Origin: Vampirovibrio chlorellavorus
Lineage (GTDB): Bacteria; Cyanobacteriota; Vampirovibrionia; Vampirovibrionales; Vampirovibrionaceae
Direction of reading: 5' to 3'
Assembly: GCA_003149345.1 (NCBI GenBank)
Contig: QFWI01000031.1
Location: 224,325-288,324 of the forward strand
Length of the DNA stretch: 64,000 nt
Numbering within the stretch: position 1 is the stretch's first letter; each line of letters opens with the position of its first letter. This document shows positions 22,399-31,341 of the stretch, one piece after another. The notes below the pieces were generated by a model, which saw only the letters and a program-made list of their open reading frames with translations, ran no database searches and had not been told where the DNA came from. The translations under genes were made by a program, and so were the position numbers.

Positions 22399-22702
22399 AT
22401 TCACGAATTGAATCAATAAATATTCACTGGTGGGCGATCCATCGCACTAACCCCCGGTGGCTTCTTTCCCCTCTTCTTGTAATGCGGGAATGGCTCTGGT
22501 TTTCATATATGTAGTGAGGACAATTTTAATACTCCGTTAACCCCGCAGCGATATTCTGAACGGGGAAAGACTCAGCGAGAAAAGAATCAGCGCTGAACAA
22601 CGGTTCGTACAAAGTGTGGTCTCGCCCAAGAGGCCTACTTTCTTCTGGCTGCCTACTGTTTGCTTCCCATTTGCTTGCAACTATCGCCATAAAGGAGCTT
22701 GC

Positions 22703-23245
22703 ATGCCCCACCTACAGCCCCAAGCCCCAGCCAACCCCACTCAGGCCGAACAGTTTCTGGATCGGATGCGGCAGATGAGTCCCGGCGCGGAGCAAGCCTT
22801 TCGGGAGATTTACTCCCAAGCGCCCCGTAAAACTGGCCTTGGCGAGAACACCCACAATCTGCCCAGAGGCCATCACGTTCGCCACGCCATGATAGCCGCC
22901 CTGACGCACCCCGAAATCGCTTACTGGAGCCGCATGAATCTGGCGGTTCGGGTCGCCCGCAAGTTGGCCCAAACCACAGGCCAACACCCTACAGCGCAGC
23001 GACTGGAACAAACCCTGGAAGCCTTTCATCGGGCAGCGGACGCCTTTGTGCTGAACCAACCACTGACCGAACCGAACGCACCTTACTTTCAGTCCGTCTT
23101 ACCAGATGTTTCACCCGCACAGCCAGCCTGGTGGGCAATCCAAGAGGGCGGTCTACCTCCCGAAGCGGTCAGTCAGATTCAACAATTCAAGGCCCGGGTC
23201 ATACCAGGCTTGGTTCAGCGGATTCGGGGCCGCAGTATTGCCTGA
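22703..23245 (+). CDS. hypothetical protein
   Basis: ATG at 22703 preceded by SD AAGGAG (the track ORF starts upstream at 22616). 180 aa. I recognise no family. Confidence 0.6.
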   Translation: MPHLQPQAPANPTQAEQFLDRMRQMSPGAEQAFREIYSQAPRKTGLGENTHNLPRGHHVRHAMIAALTHPEIAYWSRMNLAVRVARKLAQTTGQHPTAQRLEQTLEAFHRAADAFVLNQPLTEPNAPYFQSVLPDVSPAQPAWWAIQEGGLPPEAVSQIQQFKARVIPGLVQRIRGRSIA

Positions 23246-23378
23246 GCATAGACACTAAACCCAAAGTAAACGTGCGGTGAAAGGGGCAATAGGCCCTTTT
23301 CCCTGTCTAACAGCGCCGGTTCGCTATTTCAAAACAACTGAAAGACTCCACTCCCAAAGAAAAAAGGATCGCCAATCC

Positions 23379-23412
23379 AAAAACGGGCTCCCTGTAACCC
23401 AAGGAGCCCGTT
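23379..23412 (-). terminator. intrinsic terminator of the pilin-like gene
   Basis: Perfect 10-bp stem aacgggctcc / ggagcccgtt (23382-23391 / 23403-23412), followed on the minus strand by TTTTT. Confidence 0.7.
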
Positions 23413-23429
23413 CCAGGATGTTTAAAGAA

Positions 23430-24023
23430 CTAGTTCCAGTTGGCCAGATAGCTGGGGTCGGTGGTGGTGGTGGTTAAGGTAATGGCCGAAGACTGTGGCG
23501 TAATACCAGCCAACTGACCACCGGTAGTAAAGCGACCGTTGGCGAACTGCCAGAAGGTAATCCGACCCTGTGCGCCGGGACCGTCGGGATCCAGGTTGAA
23601 CGTCACCGCATGGGTGGTGGTTGTTCCGTTCAAGGTCTGGGCGGTATCCCACTGAAGCACGCCCCCGTTGTGCAATCTCATGCAGGGTAAAGTAACGGTA
23701 CAGGTCTGCAATGCTTGACCACTGGTGGCATCACTTAACGTACCCGAAGTGGTGGTGGACACATAGTTAAAATATTGGGTCAGGTCACCGGGCTTCACCG
23801 TGCTGGCCACCCCGTTGTTCAGGGTGTAGGTGGAAAAACCGGCCGAAATCATGGAAGCCACTTCCTTGGCAATGGCCGTGTTCTGACCGTTGGCTGAAGA
23901 GGTCAGGATTTTAGGAATGGTAAAGGTGGCAATGACCCCTAAAATGGCCAGAGAGATTAATAGTTCCGCCAAAGTGAAACCCTGATGACGCTCAGAAGCT
24001 TGATGACGCTTGAATTGTTTCAT
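23430..24023 (-). CDS. type IV pilin / pseudopilin-like protein (prepilin-type N-terminal cleavage/methylation domain)
   Basis: MKQFKRHQASERHQG|FTLAELLISLAILGVIATFTIPKIL has the classic G/FTLxE prepilin motif. SD GGAGG lies before ATG 24023; the track ORF extends upstream to 24311. The globular part is Thr-rich with two Cys. Confidence 0.85.
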   Translation of the reverse strand: MKQFKRHQASERHQGFTLAELLISLAILGVIATFTIPKILTSSANGQNTAIAKEVASMISAGFSTYTLNNGVASTVKPGDLTQYFNYVSTTTSGTLSDATSGQALQTCTVTLPCMRLHNGGVLQWDTAQTLNGTTTTHAVTFNLDPDGPGAQGRITFWQFANGRFTTGGQLAGITPQSSAITLTTTTTDPSYLANWN

Positions 24024-24153
24024 GATAAAGATGCCTCCAAAAAATGTTGTAAAAGATGTAATGCCTAATCCCAACTTACTGTATAGTCTAGCGTTCTTGC
24101 TCGAGTTTGGATAAATTTCGGGCTGCACTTGGCCCAAAAATCCACCAAACAAT

Positions 24154-24531
24154 CTAGACGCTGCCACTGGAATCAGGCGGGCATCCACTCCAATATTTTT
24201 CGGGGTACAACGGCTCGGGGGGGTGATGACTGACCAGCAAAACCGGCTGTAGCGTTGATCCACCCACCAGCCTGGCAAAGTCACCAATATAATGGAATAC
24301 CATCTGAGCATTCAGGCGGCTCAGTATGGCTCTCTCAAATACATGAACGTGCAAACTGTCCGCGGAAACGGAAAGCCCTACATCACGGGATAACAGCCGG
24401 TGGATAGAACCGGAAGTAGACCCCAGCAGGGTTTGGCCCAGAATTTTACCAGCCACCGTGGCGCAGAGTACCCAGCTAAGTACCATCAGGTAGGCAATGG
24501 GAAGCGATTCAAGCTGATGAAAAACCGTCAT
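24154..24531 (-). CDS. hypothetical small protein with one N-terminal hydrophobic segment (uncertain gene)
   Basis: 125-aa ORF upstream of the pilin gene on the same strand. Codon usage looks coding-like, but the SD spacing is poor and I recognise no family. Confidence 0.3.
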   Translation of the reverse strand: MTVFHQLESLPIAYLMVLSWVLCATVAGKILGQTLLGSTSGSIHRLLSRDVGLSVSADSLHVHVFERAILSRLNAQMVFHYIGDFARLVGGSTLQPVLLVSHHPPEPLYPEKYWSGCPPDSSGSV

Positions 24532-24615
24532 ATGCTTTTAATCATCTCCGACAATCCGCGGGCCTGGGACAAAGCGAACCGTGCCGCACCCTGTTTTTTT
24601 GGATAAGCCATCTTT

Positions 24616-24645
24616 CAATGATTCATCTGGCAATGATTCATCTGG
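24616..24645. repeat. perfect tandem duplication of 15 bp
   Basis: caatgattcatctgg occurs twice back to back (24616-24630, 24631-24645) in the spacer between 24531 and 24749. Confidence 0.95.
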
Positions 24646-24748
24646 GGTGACTCGTTGCTTTATGGGTGTATCGTGTTGAGTTGGAAAAAACTGAAGCATT
24701 GCCGTTCCGTTTCGTTACAATCGTTTACAATAAGCCCTGTTCAGGACG

Positions 24749-25399
24749 TTACTTCTTGGGGGCAGGCGCCGCTGTGGATGGGGCAGCCGGGGTACCCGTC
24801 GGACTGGCCGAAGCATTGGGCGTGGCACTGGCCGTAACCCCGGCAGGCGTTGCCGCAGTGACAGCGGGGGTCACCGGGGCGGCCATTTCCACGGAAAAGT
24901 AATTGGCCCCAAACTTGCGCTCCAGCATCTGGATTTGCCCCTTGGCCTTGGCCCCGTAGGGGTTGCTGATATACCCCTGCGCCAGGTATTGAAACATTTC
25001 AAAGGCATCGTTATAAGCCTCCCGTTCGGAGAAAAGCATGCCTGCCTGATAAAGCGGTTTGGCCAACAGGGGATTTTGCGGGTACTGCTCCATCAAGTCC
25101 AGCAACTTGTATTTAATTGCCACCAACTTGCCAGCCTCCTCGGGAGACAACAAACCACGCCCCTGAATGCGCATCATCAGGTTGGTCAAGTCCGTGGCGA
25201 GGGGAGTGAGTCCCTTTTTTAATTCCGCCTGGGCAGCCTTGGCCTTCGCTTCAGCTTCAGCGGCGGCTTGGGCCGCCGGGTCTACTTTCGCCGCTTTCTT
25301 TTTGGCCTCGGCGGTCAAATCAGGAGCCCCTCCCCAGAGTAGGCAGGCCAACAGTACCAGAGCGGCACCCTTATGTTTAAAACCCAACGGACTTGGCAT
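24749..25399 (-). CDS. TPR-like lipoprotein (YbgF/BamD-like repeat pattern) with an Ala/Pro/Thr-rich tail
   Basis: Lipobox LLAC, SD AAGGAG 8 nt before the ATG. The segment MEQYPQNPLLAKPLYQAGMLFSEREAYNDAFEMFQYLAQGYISNPYGAKAKGQI fits the YbgF/BamD TPR pattern. Confidence 0.5.
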   Translation of the reverse strand: MPSPLGFKHKGAALVLLACLLWGGAPDLTAEAKKKAAKVDPAAQAAAEAEAKAKAAQAELKKGLTPLATDLTNLMMRIQGRGLLSPEEAGKLVAIKYKLLDLMEQYPQNPLLAKPLYQAGMLFSEREAYNDAFEMFQYLAQGYISNPYGAKAKGQIQMLERKFGANYFSVEMAAPVTPAVTAATPAGVTASATPNASASPTGTPAAPSTAAPAPKK

Positions 25400-25668
25400 C
25401 AGGCTTACTCCTTCGTTTAACCGATTGGGGACCAGATAACTCGGTTATCGGTAGGAGAACGGAAACCTTGAGGGCAATTTCGCTCCATCAAATGGAGGAT
25501 ATTCAAACAATCGGGCAACCAGTCGGTTCAGGCACCCGGCTGGCTGAAAGTCTTTTCCAAAAGGAAAGGCCCCGAACGGCTTTGCCGATGAGGCCTATTG
25601 GCAATCCACAGGAGTTTCTTGGGATATTGAGATCCCTCACGAAGAGACCTCAAACGGATTGAGCAGTG

Positions 25669-26037
25669 CTAGCGCAAAAAGGCAGCGGACGGAGAATCCA
25701 GCAAACTCTGGGCCAATTCGTCCGTGTTAATGGAGCGCAGATACTCGTTAATTCTGCCGTTATCCAGCAAATTCTTGATTTGGGACACTTTCTCGGCATC
25801 AAAGGGAACCTGAATGCGCTGAGCCAATCGGCTGAAACGCATCACTTCCTTATCTTTCTCGTAAGCCCGTTTGGCTTCGTCCGAAATGGTGGCCTCATCC
25901 AGCAGCTTACCCAAACCTGCCGACTGACCCTCCCGAGCCGACTCCAGGTTGGTTTTTTCCACGGACTGCTGCCGATCAACGTTGAGCAGGCCATTGTCCT
26001 GAATTGGATTGGATTTCCCTGAAATACTATCAACCAT
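25669..26037 (-). CDS. FlgM-like anti-sigma-28 factor family protein
   Basis: 122 aa with SD GAGGA. ATISDEAK followed by FDAEKVSQIKNLLDNGRINEYLRSINTDELAQSLLD matches the FlgM C-terminal pattern (xLSxxA ... KVxxIKxxIxxGxYxVDxxxIAxxLL) with a small insertion. Confidence 0.55.
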   Translation of the reverse strand: MVDSISGKSNPIQDNGLLNVDRQQSVEKTNLESAREGQSAGLGKLLDEATISDEAKRAYEKDKEVMRFSRLAQRIQVPFDAEKVSQIKNLLDNGRINEYLRSINTDELAQSLLDSPSAAFLR

Positions 26038-26431
26038 AACTTCCTCGCTTATCCCTGTGGTTTGCGTGGATTAGAGTTTGTCGAACGGAGTGCCATCCAC
26101 ATCGCTTTGTTCGTTACAGTCCTAGTATGACAAAGGATGCCCCCGATTGCATTGATCCGCAGATCAATTCCGCCCCGGCCCAATGGTTGATTTTTAGTTC
26201 GACTTTTCAGAAAAGAGTCCTGCCATCAATGGATCTACACTGGCATGTTACAGGGCTTTTGACACTACAATAAAAAGAGTGTTACCTTCCTGAGGCGCTT
26301 TTCACCCTCCATCGTCTACAGGAGCCTTTGCCCGTGGGGTTTGACTCCATTGTTCAGTGGATGAGCATCTGCTGCAACCAGAGGCATACTGCCTATAGAA
26401 TCCACATAAACCACCTCGTTTGTCCCTAAAA

Positions 26432-26461
26432 GGCTCAAGCCAACGGCTTTGGGTCTTTTTT
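26432..26461 (+). terminator. orphan intrinsic terminator inside a 601-bp intergenic region
   Basis: Stem ggctcaagcc / ggcttt-gggtc (26432-26441 / 26445-26455, one bulge, two G-T pairs), loop aac, then TTTTTTCCTTTTT. There is no annotated plus-strand gene upstream. Confidence 0.5.
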
Positions 26462-26638
26462 CCTTTTTAGGCAGGCTCCTGTTGAGCCCTGTCCACATGC
26501 CTGCTACAGTGGGAGTGCTTGTGTTGCCTCTTTGCTTCACACGTTTCTGATTTCCGCATCACTCTGACCCCGGTCACTGACTTACTTATATATATATGTG
26601 TATGCGTTTATAGGCATCTACTTCCCTGAGGTTTCCTG

Positions 26639-27199
26639 ATGAGTTTCACAATTGATAACCGCCCCACCCTTTTAGCCCGCAACCTGCTTTTTGCTGGTAA
26701 AAAAAGCAAATCCAAAGCACCCAACCAACCCGTTCAGACGCCGGCCGTCTGGGCCGTGGCCCCTGCGGGTTCGCAAGCCAGGCCGCAGGGCATCCCCAGC
26801 CAGCCAGGGAAACCTGTTAGCGAAGCGATCAGCCCCGCCCGCTCTGAGGCCAGTCAATCAACCGACGCCACGCCCAGCGTTTCGCCTGAACAGAAGGCCG
26901 AAACCCCAGAATCAAAGGTCCTGCCTGATCTGGACATCATCGAGAAGTCCGAGCTTTCCGAAAGCGAATACGCACGGCAGCAGGCACTGGAAGAAAAAGC
27001 CATGTTTGAAGCCATTGGCCGACGCTTCGCCATCCCCGGACGCGCCTTGAATTCCGCTGAAAATCACGCAAAATCCTGGTCCCGAACAGTAATCAACAAA
27101 ACCAAAACCATCATTCACCAAACCAGGCAGTCGGTCAGCAAAAAAACAGCGGCCACCTTGCGATCCTGGGCCAACGCACTGGCCCCGGATCAAGCCTAA
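26639..27199 (+). CDS. hypothetical protein, largely disordered (Pro/Ser/Ala/Gln-rich) with a helical C-terminal third
   Basis: 186-aa ORF with GAGG 8 nt upstream of the ATG. I recognise no family. Confidence 0.55.
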   Translation: MSFTIDNRPTLLARNLLFAGKKSKSKAPNQPVQTPAVWAVAPAGSQARPQGIPSQPGKPVSEAISPARSEASQSTDATPSVSPEQKAETPESKVLPDLDIIEKSELSESEYARQQALEEKAMFEAIGRRFAIPGRALNSAENHAKSWSRTVINKTKTIIHQTRQSVSKKTAATLRSWANALAPDQA

Positions 27200-27273
27200 G
27201 CAAAGCCCCCCACAAAAGAACCCTCAAAGGTCAAGCACAGGGCAAAACCAAAATTCGGGCCAGGCTGTCTCCG

Positions 27274-27819
27274 TTAGGCCCTGCGATCAAAACGGGGATC
27301 CTGCCGCACGGTGTCCACCAGTTTGTGATGACTTTGCACCAGCCGCTGCAAATCTTCCTGCAAATCGTCCAAGGCCTCACTGGTTCGGTTCAGGTGGTTC
27401 ATAATCGTGCCAGCGCCATGGGCGTCCATTTCCGTGGAGCGAATTTGCGTCAGCAAGTTTTGGTGAGTCTCTTTCCCTTGCAGGGCAGCAATATTCATAT
27501 AATTCACCAATTGCAGCGTTTGCATCAGGTAATCCTGGGTGCTGTGAATGGCCTGCTGATAAGCCCGCTGACGGGCTTCGCTCACCGGAGCCCGTTTCCG
27601 TTCCCCTTTAGGGGTTCGGGCGGAAGACCCACTGTGCCTGGAGGCCAGAGAAATATCGCTGCCAAAGGAGCCAGTGCTTCGAGGCAAGCGACCATCCGAT
27701 AACGATCGACTGGCGCGCGAGTTTTCTTGGGCCTGATTGTCTTGGGCCTGGTGATTCTGAGCTGGCGTGTACGGGGCCTGATATCCCCCAAACCAAGGCA
27801 CATTCACAAAAGTAATCAT
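27274..27819 (-). CDS. hypothetical protein (disordered N-terminal half, helical C-terminal half)
   Basis: ATG at 27819 is preceded by a strong SD AGGAGG; the track ORF begins 24 nt upstream at a TTG. I recognise no family. Confidence 0.6.
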   Translation of the reverse strand: MITFVNVPWFGGYQAPYTPAQNHQAQDNQAQENSRASRSLSDGRLPRSTGSFGSDISLASRHSGSSARTPKGERKRAPVSEARQRAYQQAIHSTQDYLMQTLQLVNYMNIAALQGKETHQNLLTQIRSTEMDAHGAGTIMNHLNRTSEALDDLQEDLQRLVQSHHKLVDTVRQDPRFDRRA

Positions 27820-28183
27820 TGCCAAACCTCCTGCTGCCAACAACTGAAACCAACAATTAAAAATCTACTAATAATAAGAATCCACTAGCAGAAACCGACC
27901 TATCCAAAATCAACGGAACTTCAGAATCCCTGCCAACCGGGCACGCCCATCAGTATCCCCAACGATCAACTCAAGGACGTGCGGCATATTGGCGACTCAA
28001 GAACGCTTTCACGAAGCCTTTCCAACTACCCTTCATAAAGGGGGTTCCACTTGAAGCAAGACAGTCGACTAACATGACCATCACAAAACCCACTTTGATA
28101 ATCAGGGTGAATTGGGTGGTGTATCCCAGAATCGAGGGAGTGCCCTAAAGCAGGGCGATGGATACACGAAAACGAGAAATAAG

Positions 28184-28274
28184 TGGCGGAGCGGGGGAGA
28201 TTCGAACTCCCGGTTGGCTTTAGACCAACACAGTCTTTCCAGGACTGCACCTTAAACCACTCGGACACCGCTCC
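28184..28274 (-). tRNA. tRNA-Ser (anticodon GGA), CCA encoded
   Basis: The reverse complement reads GGAGCGGTGTCCGAGTGGTTTAAGGTGCAGTCCTGGAAAGACTGTGTTGGTCTAAAGCCAACCGGGAGTTCGAATCTCCCCCGCTCCGCCA. It has a 7-bp acceptor stem, anticodon stem CAGTC/GACTG with loop CTGGAAA, a long variable arm, and a T-arm GGGAG-TTCGAATC-CTCCC. Confidence 0.93.
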
Positions 28275-28382
28275 AATAAGGGGGTCCCCTGGGAAGGGAC
28301 GGAAACGCAAAATAAAAACGTTTCACAACCTGTGGAGAAACTATACCCAAAGGGATTTAAAATGTACACTCCCAAATTCTAA

Positions 28383-30542
<2,160 letters not shown>

Positions 30543-30742
30543 GCAATCCGGGGAGAGGAAGCTATGAAACCCAGACGACCTGCCCGGACAAACGGTTACC
30601 GAAGGCTATGCCAAGTCTCAGTCAGACTCACCCAACCCGTCTTTTTTTCCCATCCGTAAAGCGTTCCTCCGGCACCTGAAAGCGTTAACGTCCACCCTTG
30701 GCCAACCCACAGTGACCGGCAGGTAAATTGGAGAAACCATTC

Positions 30743-31120
30743 ATGCATGTATTTCACTTCCGGGGGCTGTCCAGCGTCTTGGTGTTCCTGTTGGCCATTT
30801 TGGGCATTGTTCTGGTATTCCTGGCCCTCCCGGCTTCCTTCATGATGGTCTTGTGGAACGCCCTTGTGTTTGAAGGGGCCAAAGGGCCGGAAATCAACCT
30901 GTATCAGGGCTTCTTGCTATGGGGCATTGTGCTGGTCATCCTCAAACTGGTTTTCAAGCCGGAAATCCAGCTGGAATTCGTCAAATCCAATGCCAGCAAA
31001 GCCGGAAAATCCGCCAAGGACGCCACCAAATCCGTGGACGCCGAAGTGATCGCCCCGCTGGAAACGCAGGTGGATGATGCCCAGAGTTCAAAGCCAGAGC
31101 AAAAGTCTCCCAAACCCTAA
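30743..31120 (+). CDS. small membrane protein (two TM segments, charged Lys/Ser/Ala-rich tail)
   Basis: ATG 30743 (MHVFHF..) lies within track ORF 30728..31120. Hydrophobic segments VLVFLLAILGIVLVFLAL and FLLWGIVLVILKLVF. Confidence 0.55.
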   Translation: MHVFHFRGLSSVLVFLLAILGIVLVFLALPASFMMVLWNALVFEGAKGPEINLYQGFLLWGIVLVILKLVFKPEIQLEFVKSNASKAGKSAKDATKSVDAEVIAPLETQVDDAQSSKPEQKSPKP

Positions 31121-31341
31121 CCCCAAACCTAACAGAGGTGTTTGAAAAACCGAGCATTGTCCTGTGTACAGCGTGAGACGGCCTCGGCTATACTGACTTT
31201 GGAATGAATCGCCCGACTTTGTAACTGTTTGTATCGGTCATGCGGGGCTTTTTAGGCTGCTACTCGTATCGCAAATACTGGCAGGGCGTACAATAGAAAC
31301 AGGGCAATTCTGAATCACGCCCACCCACAGGAGATTTATAC

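Noticed and set aside
25435-25449. 6-3-6 palindrome gataac-tcg-gttatc upstream of the TPR lipoprotein gene. Several similar 5-6-bp palindromes occur in other spacers.
   Set aside because: Inverted repeats this short are expected many times by chance in 64 kb, and there is no consensus match or repetition to support a function.
26316-26540. 74-aa minus-strand ORF in the FlgM-like / ORF 26639 spacer.
   Set aside because: No SD, odd composition, and it spans the terminator hairpin. The region is more likely non-coding.
30564-30659. 31-aa highly basic ORF (MKPRRPARTNGYRRLCQVSVRLTQPVFFSHP) just after ligA, with a GGAGAGGAAG upstream.
   Set aside because: It is very short, starts 21 nt after the ligA stop, and has no supporting terminator or conservation evidence available. 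It cannot be supported from sequence alone.
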